The notes below the pieces were generated by a model that was not told where the DNA came from, ran no database searches, and saw nothing but the letters and a program-made list of their open reading frames with translations. Of a DNA stretch of 64,000 nucleotides, positions 28,095 through 37,771 are shown piece after piece. The position numbers and the translations under genes are program-made. Each line of letters opens with the position of its first letter. Positions within the stretch are counted from its first letter, which is position 1. Source of the DNA: Dehalococcoidia bacterium (lineage in GTDB: Bacteria; Chloroflexota; Dehalococcoidia; SM23-28-2; RBG-16-64-32); NCBI GenBank assembly GCA_034408935.1, contig DAOUMV010000025.1:99593-163592 (forward strand), given 5' to 3'.

Positions 28095-31000
28095 ATGTAC
28101 CTGAAGCGACTCGAGGTTCAGGGCTTCAAGAGCTTCGCTACTCGCACCGTCTTCGATTTCGGCCAGGGCATCACCGCCATCGTCGGCCCCAACGGCTCCG
28201 GCAAGTCCAACATCGCTGATGCCCTTCGCTGGGTGCTTGGCGAGCAGTCCGGCCGCCTGCTGCGCGCACGCAAGATGGAGGACGCCATCTTTGCCGGCTC
28301 CTCCAAGCGCCAGCGGGCCGACAAGGCGGAGGTCACCCTCACCCTGGACAACAGCGACGGCTGGCTGCCCCTGGAGTTCAGCGAAGTCGCCATCACCCGC
28401 CGCGGCTACCGCAACGGCGAGAGCCAGTACCGCATCAACCGCAAGCGGGTCCGCCTGCGCGACCTCCAGGAGCTGCTCGCCAAGTCCAGCATGGCCCAGG
28501 GCTCGTACGCCATCATCGGCCAGGGGTTGGTGGAGACCGTCCTCAACCTGCGCCCCGATGAGCGCCGCCAGCTCATCGAGGAGGCGGCCGACATCCAGCG
28601 CTACCGCTTCCGTATCGACGAGGCGCGGGCCAAGCTGACCGCCACCCACGAGAACGTGGAGCGTGTCAACCTCCTGGTCAAGGAGATCGCTCCCCGTCTC
28701 GGCCACCTCGAGCGCCAGGCCAAGCGGGCCGCTGACTACGCGCGCATCTCCCGCCAACTGTCGCAGGCGCTGCGTGCTCACTACGGGCATCAGTGGCACC
28801 ACTCTCACGAGTCGCTGGCCGTCTCCCGGGCTGCCCACGACCAGGCCCAGGCGGAGTTCACCCAGGCCAAGGTCGCCGCGGAGACCTGCCAGCAGGAGCT
28901 AGCGGAGGTGAGCAAGGGGGTGGAAGAGCGCCGCCGCCGCGCCTCCGCCTCCGCCGCCGACCGCCAGCAGCTAGCCGACCGCATCCGCGAGCTGGAGCAA
29001 AGCCTGGCCGTCTCCGCCCAGCGAGGCACCATCCTTGAGACGCGCCAGCAGGAGCTCCGCGACGAGGTCGCTGCCCTGGAGGAAGAGCGGGCCCGCGCCG
29101 CGGAGGTCGTCTCTGGCCTGGATGCCCGCGGCGAAGAGCTGAAGGAGGCCCTGGCCACCGCCCGGGCGGAGCTGGACCATCGACGCGAAGAACTGGTGGC
29201 CCTCGAGGATGATCTCACCGGAGCGCAGGGGCGGGCCGCCGAAGACGAGGCGAAGAGCCAGCGCCTGCGAGCCGCCGCCGCGGACATCGCAGCCCGAACA
29301 AAGCGTCTCAGCCTCAGTCGCCGCGACCTGGAGAGGGAGGTCGCCCGTCTGGACACCCGCCGTCGCTCCATTATCAGCCAGATGGCGGAGCTCATCCGCG
29401 TCCTCCGCGGCTATCGCGCCGACGATGCCGGGCTGGCCGAGGAGTTGGCCGGGGTGAGCGAGCGGCGCCAGTCCCTGGAGTCGGGGATCACCGAGCTGCG
29501 GGAGTCTTTGGCCAAGGTGGAGGCGAACCAGAACGCTCGCCGCGGCAAGATGGAGGCGCTGGAGGCCCGCCTCAACGTTCTCAGCGAGGCCCAGCGTCAG
29601 CTTCAGTCCGCCCCGCCGGACGAGTCGCCCGTCACGGTTGAGGGTGCCGTGGGCGCCATCTATGAGATCATCCGCGTGCCCCGCGGCCTCGAGCAGGCCA
29701 TCGAGGCCGCCCTCAGCGACATGGTGGAAGCGTTCATCGTCCAGCATCGGGTGGAGGCCGTTGACGCCATTCGAGCCCTCATCGCTCAGGACGCGCCGCG
29801 CACCACCATCCTCCCCCTGGACGCCATCAAGCAGGTGTACCCCCTTAACCTCATGCGGGAGAAGGGGATCATGGGTGTGGCCGCCCAGCTAGTCAAGTGC
29901 CAGCCCCCTTACCAGAAGCTCATCGATGCCCTGCTGGGCCGCACCATAGTTGTCCAGGACGTGGAAACCGCCTCCCGGGTCATCCGCCGCGGCCTGGGCA
30001 CGGTGGTCACCCTTGACGGTGTCGTCTTCCACCCCATGGGGGCCATGACCGCCGGCTTCCCCCGCGCTACCCGCCCCTACATTCTCGGCCATGAGCGCGA
30101 CCTGGAGTCGCTTCCCAAGGAGATCGATCGCCTGCGCCGGGCCCTGGCCGTCACCGAGAGCGAGGCCCACTCCCTGCGCGACCGCCTCCGCCAGGACGAG
30201 ACGGCTCACGCCGCCCTCGCCGCTGAGGTCGACCGGGGCCTGGGCCGCCGGATGCGGGTCCAGAACGCCATCGCCGACCGCCAGCGGCGGCTGGGCCAGC
30301 TCCGCGGCGAGCTGCGAGGCCTCATCTCCTCCAAGGACAACCTGCGCGACCAGGGCGAGAGCCTGGGCCGTGAATGCGATCGCCTGGCAGAGGAGAGGGA
30401 ACAATCCCTGACCGAGGCGGAGCAGTTGAAGGAGTCCGCCAGTTACCTGCAGAAGGCCGGCAATCTGGTGGAGGAACGGCGCGGCCAGCTCCAGCGGGCC
30501 GTGGCCGAGGCGACCTCCCTGCCAGCAGGCCTCGAAGGTCACCTTCAATCGCTGGATGTGCAGAGGGAGAACGGCAAGGCCACCCTGGCCCGCCTGGATG
30601 CCCAGCTCTCCGCCAAGGGCATCCAGCTCCGCGGCCTGGAGATGGAGCGCTCTACACTCGAAAGTAGCGCCCGCTCCGACAACGAGGAGCTGGCCCGGGT
30701 GCGGGAGGAACTGCGGCCCCTGGTGGAGACCTCGGCCCCGGACCAGGGCGAGACCGTCCAGCTTGAGCTGCGCGAGCGAGAGCTACACCAGCAGCTCCTG
30801 GCCGCCCAGGGTCGCATGTTCAAGGCCGAGCGGCACCTCCTGGAAACGGAGACCGAGGTGCGACGCTGGGAGACGGAGGCGGATGCCCTCCGTCAGCGCA
30901 TCCGGGACGAGGGGCTGAGCATCACCGGCGAGGGCGAAGTCGTATCGCCGGAGATCGCCCAGCCGCTTGTGCCCCACTGGCTCGCCGCGGATGGCGAGGA

Positions 31001-31706
31001 GGGCCCCGGCGGCCTGCGCCCCATCTCCGGCGGCGCCGACGTCGACCCCGAGGTACTGGAGCGCGACATCGAAAGGATGCGGGGCCAGCTCCGTCGCCTG
31101 GGCCCCGTGAACGTGGAGGCCGAGGAGGACTACACGGAGCTGCGAGAGCGACACGATTTCCTGACCTCCCAGCTCGACGACCTGAGCGGCGCCGAGAAGG
31201 CGCTCCACCGCGCCATCGACGAGCTACACGGGGTCATGCGCAAGCGCTTCCAGTCGACCTTCGAGACGGTGGCCAGCGGGTTCGAGGAGTACTTCCAGGC
31301 GTTCTTCGGCGGCGGCCGCGCCCGTCTGGCCCTCAGCGAGCCAAGTGACCTCCAGAACACGGGGGTGGAGATCGAGGCGCAGCCGCCGGGGAAGCGGGTC
31401 CAGAGCATGGCGCAGCTCTCCGGCGGGGAGAAGGCGCTGACGGCGGTGTCGCTGCTGTTCGCGCTGCTGCAGGCGAACCCGTCGCCTTTCTGCGTCCTGG
31501 ACGAGGTGGACGCCATGCTGGACGAGGCCAACGTGGGCCGGTTCGTGTCCGCGCTCCAGGAGCTGGCGAAGAAGACGCAGTTCGCTGTCATCACGCACAA
31601 CCGGCGGACGATCGAGGTGTCGGACAGCATCTACGGGGTGTCGATGGGGCCGGACACCGTGTCACGGGTGCTGTCCCTGCGCCTGGCAGACGTGAAGGCG
31701 GACTAG
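28095..31706 (+). CDS. smc: Chromosome segregation protein SMC
   Basis: N-terminal Walker A GPNGSGKSNI, long coiled coils, hinge, C-terminal LSGGEKALTAVSLLFAL signature and Walker B. Confidence 0.95.
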   Translation: MYLKRLEVQGFKSFATRTVFDFGQGITAIVGPNGSGKSNIADALRWVLGEQSGRLLRARKMEDAIFAGSSKRQRADKAEVTLTLDNSDGWLPLEFSEVAITRRGYRNGESQYRINRKRVRLRDLQELLAKSSMAQGSYAIIGQGLVETVLNLRPDERRQLIEEAADIQRYRFRIDEARAKLTATHENVERVNLLVKEIAPRLGHLERQAKRAADYARISRQLSQALRAHYGHQWHHSHESLAVSRAAHDQAQAEFTQAKVAAETCQQELAEVSKGVEERRRRASASAADRQQLADRIRELEQSLAVSAQRGTILETRQQELRDEVAALEEERARAAEVVSGLDARGEELKEALATARAELDHRREELVALEDDLTGAQGRAAEDEAKSQRLRAAAADIAARTKRLSLSRRDLEREVARLDTRRRSIISQMAELIRVLRGYRADDAGLAEELAGVSERRQSLESGITELRESLAKVEANQNARRGKMEALEARLNVLSEAQRQLQSAPPDESPVTVEGAVGAIYEIIRVPRGLEQAIEAALSDMVEAFIVQHRVEAVDAIRALIAQDAPRTTILPLDAIKQVYPLNLMREKGIMGVAAQLVKCQPPYQKLIDALLGRTIVVQDVETASRVIRRGLGTVVTLDGVVFHPMGAMTAGFPRATRPYILGHERDLESLPKEIDRLRRALAVTESEAHSLRDRLRQDETAHAALAAEVDRGLGRRMRVQNAIADRQRRLGQLRGELRGLISSKDNLRDQGESLGRECDRLAEEREQSLTEAEQLKESASYLQKAGNLVEERRGQLQRAVAEATSLPAGLEGHLQSLDVQRENGKATLARLDAQLSAKGIQLRGLEMERSTLESSARSDNEELARVREELRPLVETSAPDQGETVQLELRERELHQQLLAAQGRMFKAERHLLETETEVRRWETEADALRQRIRDEGLSITGEGEVVSPEIAQPLVPHWLAADGEEGPGGLRPISGGADVDPEVLERDIERMRGQLRRLGPVNVEAEEDYTELRERHDFLTSQLDDLSGAEKALHRAIDELHGVMRKRFQSTFETVASGFEEYFQAFFGGGRARLALSEPSDLQNTGVEIEAQPPGKRVQSMAQLSGGEKALTAVSLLFALLQANPSPFCVLDEVDAMLDEANVGRFVSALQELAKKTQFAVITHNRRTIEVSDSIYGVSMGPDTVSRVLSLRLADVKAD

Positions 31707-31730
31707 CAGGCAGGCGTGACCGCGGACTAG

Positions 31731-31930
31731 CGGTCGATCAAAGCGTTTTCCCTATCTGGATTTCGATGGAGAGGGCTGTTTCAGGTTGCCGGTTTGATCG
31801 TTCGGGGCGTGATCTGTTTTTCCAGGGGCCGCCCCGTATCCGGCGAGGCCCGTCCGGGGGCCGATTCGGTTGATGGAACGACGTTCCGCAATAGGGGGCC
31901 GGACGGATGATCAAAGACGCTAACGGGGTG
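31731..31930. repeat. MITE-like intergenic repeat, family A, copy 2
   Basis: CGATCAAAGCGTTTTCCCTATCTGGATTTCGATGG...GGTTTGATCGTTCGGGGCG aligns with 7106-7190. Partial extra copies lie at 31834-31854 and 31907-31928. Confidence 0.6.
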
Positions 31931-31986
31931 CTGAGGAGGGCCTGGGCCGCTCGTGGTTCGACTGGCTCACCACGAGCGGAGTGTAT

Positions 31987-32023
31987 AGCCGCGGGCCCTT
32001 CGACAGGCTCAGGGCGAACGGCT
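31987..32023. repeat. Palindromic mini-element family C, intergenic copy
   Basis: AGCCGCGGGCCCTTCGACAGGCTCAGGGCGAACGGCT with imperfect terminal inverted repeats. Confidence 0.6.
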
Positions 32024-32081
32024 AAGTTGCGCATGACGAGTTGAGCTTACCGCAAGGGGCACGAGAGGTATAAGGTAGGGG

Positions 32082-33611
32082 TTGCAGGGGGTGGGGGACT
32101 GTCGACGTGAAAGCTGGGTGCCGTCTACAACAGTGAAGAACTTCAGACATTCTGTAGCCGACCTCTTGAAACGGCGTACTTCGAAACAAAAAGCCGCTGC
32201 CTCACAGATCGAAGATGCCCTGAAGTATCATCACGACGAGGGTGATCCAGATGAGAACCGACGAACCTGCCCTCCCGACGATGAGCGAATTGATATCCAC
32301 TGCGTATGGGTTGTGGAACTTTACCCGCCGTCACAGGTGGATCAGCTGGTATCACATATTCGCGGTCTAGGTTGGGCGGAAGCGGACGCCACGATGGACC
32401 GAGAAGGTCTCGAATCATGGATACGAGAGTCCACATTGAGTGTGGGAAAGGCGGGTTGGAAGAATCTCAATAATATTGTCCGTCCAGGCGATACGCGCTT
32501 CTTCTTTGGATCACCGCGGAGCGCCTCCCTTCCAGATGTGGCCGACTACGCCATGGGTGGGATTCATCAAATCTTTCCGGGTCTTGTCGGGGTCGTCCTG
32601 CAGTTTGTTCTCAGGGACGATGCTGCAAGGCGCATTGATTTGGAGCTGCGGCGTGGGCGTAAGACCTTTGCTGTGCCCGGTGCCCGCGGTGTCGCGCTCA
32701 TGACACCCCATCATCAGAAGATGGAGTCTTGTTCGCAAGTGCGTGAGGAGATCAGGCAGAGCTGTGCATCCTGGTTCCGCACTCATTTGCCTGGCTTCTT
32801 TTCGTCAATGGGAGAGAGAGCACAATTTCCTACCGGGGAGTTCATCACATTCCGAAAGGCCAAGCCGTATGAACAACTTCCCAGCGACGAGTGGCCGCAC
32901 TACCTTTGGGTTCTTCATATGGATAACGACTTTGATGTGTGGCAAGCGAGGGAACTGCCTGGTGTTCGATTGGAGTGCGGCTCGTCAAGGGAAGGGACCA
33001 CCTTCGCTTTGACATTTGCTGCTCAAGAGTGTCAATACTTCGCCGCCGAGACAGACGATGAATGGAAGTCCCATGGCGGACGGAATCGCCACGGGTATGC
33101 CAACAGACTGAGGCACGTCGAATTTGCGCTCATGAGATGGGCGCTCTACGCGCTTCTAACGAATGTTGAAGGGCAGTTCGCGTCCCTACGAAACCGGGTC
33201 GCCAGCATAGATCTGGGCAATGCGGGCCGCGCCGCTCGGATGCTGCAAGCCGTCCAAGCGGACCTGCTGACCTTGTCAAGAGATGTCGTGCCCGTGGCTT
33301 CCGAACTGAAAGAGTTCTCGGAACGGCCGGGGTGGTTTCACTCCCAAGTCTATGAGTTTCGTCCCATGGGCAATATGCGCTCCAACGAGCCGCATTTGTT
33401 CGAGGGGTTGCGGCAGGGGCTCGCCAGGCGCGCGGTGCGTCTTCAAGGATTCGAGCGGGAGGTCAAAGACGCAGCGACAAGCCAGGGAGCATTGGTGGCA
33501 ACGATTTCTCAGAGCCGGGCCAGTGACAACATAGTCAAACTGACCATCGCGATCGTTGTTCTGACGGCTGTCGTCGCCGGTCTGACCGGCTGGCTAGCGT
33601 TCTTCGACTAG
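32082..33611 (+). CDS. Hypothetical tail-anchored protein (509 aa, single C-terminal TM helix) on a lower-GC island
   Basis: GC is about 50-55% against about 68% in the flanks. TTG start with an AAGGTAGGGG RBS. C-terminal TM helix IVKLTIAIVVLTAVVAGLTGWLAFF. No recognisable domain. Confidence 0.5.
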   Translation: MQGVGDCRRESWVPSTTVKNFRHSVADLLKRRTSKQKAAASQIEDALKYHHDEGDPDENRRTCPPDDERIDIHCVWVVELYPPSQVDQLVSHIRGLGWAEADATMDREGLESWIRESTLSVGKAGWKNLNNIVRPGDTRFFFGSPRSASLPDVADYAMGGIHQIFPGLVGVVLQFVLRDDAARRIDLELRRGRKTFAVPGARGVALMTPHHQKMESCSQVREEIRQSCASWFRTHLPGFFSSMGERAQFPTGEFITFRKAKPYEQLPSDEWPHYLWVLHMDNDFDVWQARELPGVRLECGSSREGTTFALTFAAQECQYFAAETDDEWKSHGGRNRHGYANRLRHVEFALMRWALYALLTNVEGQFASLRNRVASIDLGNAGRAARMLQAVQADLLTLSRDVVPVASELKEFSERPGWFHSQVYEFRPMGNMRSNEPHLFEGLRQGLARRAVRLQGFEREVKDAATSQGALVATISQSRASDNIVKLTIAIVVLTAVVAGLTGWLAFFD

Positions 33612-33663
33612 GCACTTCCGCCTTCCGCTTGCCGCACCCTTCCCCTGCCCCTATCATCGGGGC

Positions 33664-34854
33664 GTGGTGAAGGAGCCGGTTTCCGAGCACCCGCGTGTCG
33701 CCGCGTGGCTGGGGCACGTGCGCGCCCTGGCGGAGGGAATCGGCGCGCGCGGCGCGACGCGGGAGGGGGAGCGCAAGGGCTCGGAATACGCCAAGGCTCA
33801 GTTCGAAGGGATGGGGCTGACCCCGGTCTGGGAGTCGTTCCGTGGGGCGCGTTCGATCTTCCACCCACACTTGCTCGGCAGCGTGCTGATGCTGCTTGCC
33901 TTCGCCGTCTACCCGCTCGGTGGGCGGGTCACGGCCGCTGTGGCAGCGGCGCTGAGCGTGCTGGTGGTGGTGTCGGAGGTGCAAGAGCTCAGTTTTCGGG
34001 ACAACCTCCTGCGTCGCCTGGTGCCCAAGGGTGAGAGCCAGAACGTCTACAGCGTCATCGCACCCAAAGCTGAACACAGTGGCGATCTGGTGCTTGTGGG
34101 TCACGTCGACACGCAGCGGACTCCGCTGATCTTCCGCAGCCGCCGCTGGGTCAAGGCTTACGACCGCTTCACGATGATCGTCTTCGTGACCTTCGTCGCC
34201 CAAGTGTTGTTGTACGCCCTGGGTGCCATCTTGTCCTGGGGCTGGGTCTGGTACGCCACTATCCCTACGGCGGTCTGCGCGGTGCTGCTCGCGGCCGTGT
34301 GCCTAGAGGCGGATTCGACGCCGTTCACGGCCGGGGCCAACGACAACGCCACCGGGGCAGGCATCGTGCTGACCCTGGCCGAGGCGCTGGCCAGAAACTC
34401 GCTGAAGCACAGGCGGGTGTTCGCAGTGGTGACCGGATGCGAGGAGGTCCAGCACTACGGGATGATCGACTGGTACAGGCGCCACCGCACTGAACTCAAG
34501 AATCCGAAAGCGATAGTGTTCGAGATGCTGGGCTGCGCCGGGCCTGCCTGGGGGACGCGCGAGGGGATCATCGTGCCCTTCAGGAGCGACCCCGAACTCG
34601 CGGGCATGGCTGAACGGCTGGCGGCCGCCCATCCCGAGTGGGAAGCGTATGGCTGCAAGATAAGCGGGGGCAACTCGGAGCTCGCTGATGCTGTGCGCTT
34701 CAAGGTGCCGGGCATTACGATTTGGGGCATCGGGCGAGACGGCGAAGCACCTCACTGGCACCAGCGCGGCGATACGTTCGACAAGATGAACCCGGATGTG
34801 ATGGAGCACGCCTGGGACCTAACCTGGGCGCTGGTGCAGGAACTCGACCGGTAG
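33664..34854 (+). CDS. M28-family Zn peptidase with membrane-spanning segments
   Basis: VLVGHVDT, NDNATGAGIVL and CEEVQHYG are M28 metal-binding motifs. It has internal TM helices. Confidence 0.7.
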   Translation: MVKEPVSEHPRVAAWLGHVRALAEGIGARGATREGERKGSEYAKAQFEGMGLTPVWESFRGARSIFHPHLLGSVLMLLAFAVYPLGGRVTAAVAAALSVLVVVSEVQELSFRDNLLRRLVPKGESQNVYSVIAPKAEHSGDLVLVGHVDTQRTPLIFRSRRWVKAYDRFTMIVFVTFVAQVLLYALGAILSWGWVWYATIPTAVCAVLLAAVCLEADSTPFTAGANDNATGAGIVLTLAEALARNSLKHRRVFAVVTGCEEVQHYGMIDWYRRHRTELKNPKAIVFEMLGCAGPAWGTREGIIVPFRSDPELAGMAERLAAAHPEWEAYGCKISGGNSELADAVRFKVPGITIWGIGRDGEAPHWHQRGDTFDKMNPDVMEHAWDLTWALVQELDR

Positions 34855-34930
34855 CCCCACCGCGATCCCTCTTAGGTTGGGCAGGACCTTCGCTTGCCCC
34901 TCTCCCCACCGCCCCCTATTATCGAGCCGT

Positions 34931-36019
34931 ATGGTGCGCTTCTTCCGTCGCAAGCAAGAGGGCCCCGCCACGCCAGCAGAGCCTGTCGAGCCCGCTGAAG
35001 GCGCCGAGGCGCCGGAGCAGCCCGTCGGCGCCGAGCCGTCTGAGGCCGTCGAGGCGCCCCACGATGTCGAGCAGGCGGTCGAGAAGACGCGGCGCACGTG
35101 GTTCTCCCGCATCGGGGGGCTGTTCCGCCGCGGCCTGGACGACGAGCTGTGGGACGAACTGGAGGAGACGCTGATCGCCGCCGACACCGGCGTGGAGACC
35201 ACCGTCAAGGTGCTGGAGAACCTGAAGGAGCGGGTGAAGGCGGAGGGGATCAGCGACCCGGAGCGGGCGGAGGGGGCGCTGAAGGAAGAGCTGCTGTCGA
35301 TCCTTGAGGTGGACGCGCGGCCGGGGAGGTTGTGGGGGCTTGCGGGGGGAGATGAGACCGCTCACCCTTCGACAGGGCTCAGGGTGAGCGGAGATGAGGC
35401 GCCGCCGAAGCCGGCGGTGGTGCTCGTCATCGGGGTGAACGGCACGGGGAAGACCACGAGCATCGCCAAACTCGCCCACGCCTACAGGGAGGGGGGCCAG
35501 AAGGTAATCATGGCCGCCGGCGACACGTTTCGCGCCGCCGCCATCGATCAGGTGAAGCAATGGGGCCAGCGGGTGGGCGTGGACGTGATCGCCCACAAGG
35601 AGGGGGCCGACCCCGGGGCGGTCGTGTTCGACGCCCTCTCGGCCGCCCAGAGTCGCGACGCCGACGTCGTCATCATCGACACCGCCGGGCGGTTGCACAC
35701 GAAGGTCAACCTGATGCAGGAGCTGCGCAAGGTCAACCGGGTCATCCAGCGCAAGTTCCCGGACGCGCCCCACGAGGTGCTGCTGGTGCTAGACGCTACG
35801 AGCGGGCAGAATGCCCTGCCCCAGGCGAAGTACTTCACCGAGGCGGTGGGCGTGACCGGCGTCCTCCTGGCCAAGCTGGACGGGACCGCTAAGGGCGGCG
35901 TCATCTTCGCCGTGTGCGACCAACTGCGCATCCCCGTACGCTTCGTCGGCACCGGCGAGAGAGCGGACGACCTGGCGCATTTCGAGCCCAGGCGGTTCGT
36001 GGACGCGCTTTTCGCCTAG
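34931..36019 (+). CDS. ftsY: Signal recognition particle receptor FtsY
   Basis: MVRFFRRKQ N-terminus, acidic A-domain, NG domain with GVNGTGKTT, DTAGR and the C-terminal GTGE motif. It carries an in-frame mini-element insertion at 35357-35389. Confidence 0.9.
   Translation: MVRFFRRKQEGPATPAEPVEPAEGAEAPEQPVGAEPSEAVEAPHDVEQAVEKTRRTWFSRIGGLFRRGLDDELWDELEETLIAADTGVETTVKVLENLKERVKAEGISDPERAEGALKEELLSILEVDARPGRLWGLAGGDETAHPSTGLRVSGDEAPPKPAVVLVIGVNGTGKTTSIAKLAHAYREGGQKVIMAAGDTFRAAAIDQVKQWGQRVGVDVIAHKEGADPGAVVFDALSAAQSRDADVVIIDTAGRLHTKVNLMQELRKVNRVIQRKFPDAPHEVLLVLDATSGQNALPQAKYFTEAVGVTGVLLAKLDGTAKGGVIFAVCDQLRIPVRFVGTGERADDLAHFEPRRFVDALFA
35357..35389. mobile_element. Palindromic mini-element family C copy inserted in-frame in ftsY, flanked by a 9-bp direct repeat GGAGATGAG
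   Basis: ACCGCTCACCCTTCGACAGGGCTCAGGGTGAGC has 10-bp perfect terminal inverted repeats (CGCTCACCCT / AGGGTGAGCG). Direct repeats lie at 35348-35356 and 35390-35398. Element plus duplication is 42 nt, i.e. 14 codons, encoding AHPSTGLRVSG in the FtsY A-domain. Confidence 0.65.
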
Positions 36020-36031
36020 ACGGGGAATCAG

Positions 36032-37771
36032 TTGGCCGACCCGCCGCCGGTCGACGCAGCCCCTGGCGAACAGATCGCTGCTCCCCTCGCTCACTCCGAA
36101 GGCCTGACGGTGAGGGTCGATATCCTGCTGTGGCTGGCGCTGATCGCGGCCGCGGCCGCCCTGCGGCTGGCCCGCCTGGACGCCCTCCCCCTTACGTTCG
36201 ACGAGTCGGCGCGGGCCTTCGACGCCCTCCGCGCCTCCGAGGACGCCGTCCCCGAGGGCTGGAGCGGGGACCTGGCGACCGCCCTCACCTCGTACCTGTT
36301 CCGCGTCTTCGGCGACAGCGACTTCACGGCCCGCCTGGTGCCCGCCGTGGCCGGCTCGGCGATGGTGGCGGCCCTGTCGCTGGGCGGGCGCGTCCTGGGT
36401 CGGGGCGGCGCCCTGACGGCGGGGGCTCTGCTCGCCTTCTCGCCCCTGGCGCTGCTCGCGTCGCGCTCGGCCCTGCCCTTCAGCGCCGGCGGCCTGCTGG
36501 CCGTGGGCATGACCGTCGCCCTCCTCTCCTACCTGCGGCAGCCACGGGCGCTGGCGGCCTTCCTGTTCGCCGTCAGCTTCGGGCTCGCCCCCTCTACCGA
36601 CGCTGTGGGCACCACCGCCGCCATTGCCGTCCTAGCCTTCCTCGTGCTGGAGCCCGTCCTCTCGCGGGAGAGCGAGGTTGCCCGGGCCTGGGGCGTTTTT
36701 CGGCGCAGCCCGTCGCACTGGCTGAGCGTGGGACTGGTTCTGATTGGCGCCCTCGAGCTGGGGATCACCCATTTCGGCACCTTCGTCGGCGACTTGGAGC
36801 TGGCAGGTGTGGCCCAGTGGCGCGACATGTTCGCCACGCCCCGCGACGGCCGCCCGACGGAGTATCAGCTCGCTCTCCTCCTGGCTTACGACTGGCCCCT
36901 TGTGCTGTTCGGTGGCACCGCCGTGGGGTTCTTCGTCTGGCGACTGCGCCGCCGTGCCCGCGCCCTGACATCGCCCCAGCGGTTCCTCCTGCTGTGGACG
37001 GCGCTCGCTGCGGTCGTCGTGGCACTCACGAACCAGCGCGAGGCGGGCCAGCTCCTGATCCTCCTTCTTCCCCTGGCGATGCTGGCCGGCCTACTGGCGG
37101 AGCAGCTTGCGTCTGCCCTGGACTGGGCGATCCTTCGACGGTGGTGGCCCGTTGCCGCCGCCGCCCTGGCCCTGCTCGCCTATGCTGCCCTCCGCACCAA
37201 CGAGTGGTCACACCCCGACATAACGATACCCGGGAGCGAACGCTTCTACCTGGTGCTGGCTGTGGGGGGCGCGGCGGCCCTTCTGGCCACAGGCTTCTTC
37301 ATCCTGGGACGCCACGCCGCCACCGTCAGCGTGACCTTTGCCGCGGTGGTGGCCCTCGCCTTCCTCATCCACACAGACCTGGCTCTCACCTCCGACGATG
37401 AGGGTGTCGAATTCGCCATGGACATCCGCGCGACGAGCCGGGTGGAGCAGTTCCGCGAGACGCTAGACGAGCTCGCGGCGAGCCGGGCCGGGCCTATCCT
37501 GGTCGATCCATCCCTGCAGGAGCCCCTCGCCTGGGAGCTGCGGGACCTCGCCGTCACCTTCGCCGAGGCAACGGGAGACGCAGGTGCATTGGTCGTGCCC
37601 GGGGGACAGGAGGTGGAGGGGTTCACTCCCCTGGCCGAACCCTGGCGTCTGGGCGAGAGCTGGTATCCCCCCGACCTCGATCCTCTACGCCTCTGGCGCT
37701 GGTTGGTCTACCGCGAGCCCTACGGTAACCTGGAAGGTGTGGACGCTCAGATACTCGTGCCGGCGCCATGA
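36032..37771 (+). CDS. Polytopic membrane protein, TIGR03663/GT39-like (ArnT/PMT-like fold), paralog 1
   Basis: About 12 TM. The FDESARAFD motif follows TM1. The layout parallels the N-terminal half of the next gene. Confidence 0.55.
   Translation: MADPPPVDAAPGEQIAAPLAHSEGLTVRVDILLWLALIAAAAALRLARLDALPLTFDESARAFDALRASEDAVPEGWSGDLATALTSYLFRVFGDSDFTARLVPAVAGSAMVAALSLGGRVLGRGGALTAGALLAFSPLALLASRSALPFSAGGLLAVGMTVALLSYLRQPRALAAFLFAVSFGLAPSTDAVGTTAAIAVLAFLVLEPVLSRESEVARAWGVFRRSPSHWLSVGLVLIGALELGITHFGTFVGDLELAGVAQWRDMFATPRDGRPTEYQLALLLAYDWPLVLFGGTAVGFFVWRLRRRARALTSPQRFLLLWTALAAVVVALTNQREAGQLLILLLPLAMLAGLLAEQLASALDWAILRRWWPVAAAALALLAYAALRTNEWSHPDITIPGSERFYLVLAVGGAAALLATGFFILGRHAATVSVTFAAVVALAFLIHTDLALTSDDEGVEFAMDIRATSRVEQFRETLDELAASRAGPILVDPSLQEPLAWELRDLAVTFAEATGDAGALVVPGGQEVEGFTPLAEPWRLGESWYPPDLDPLRLWRWLVYREPYGNLEGVDAQILVPAP

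Noticed and set aside
28805-30548. Minus-strand ORFs of 196-258 aa inside smc
   Set aside because: Antisense to a clearly intact smc. Low-complexity sequence.
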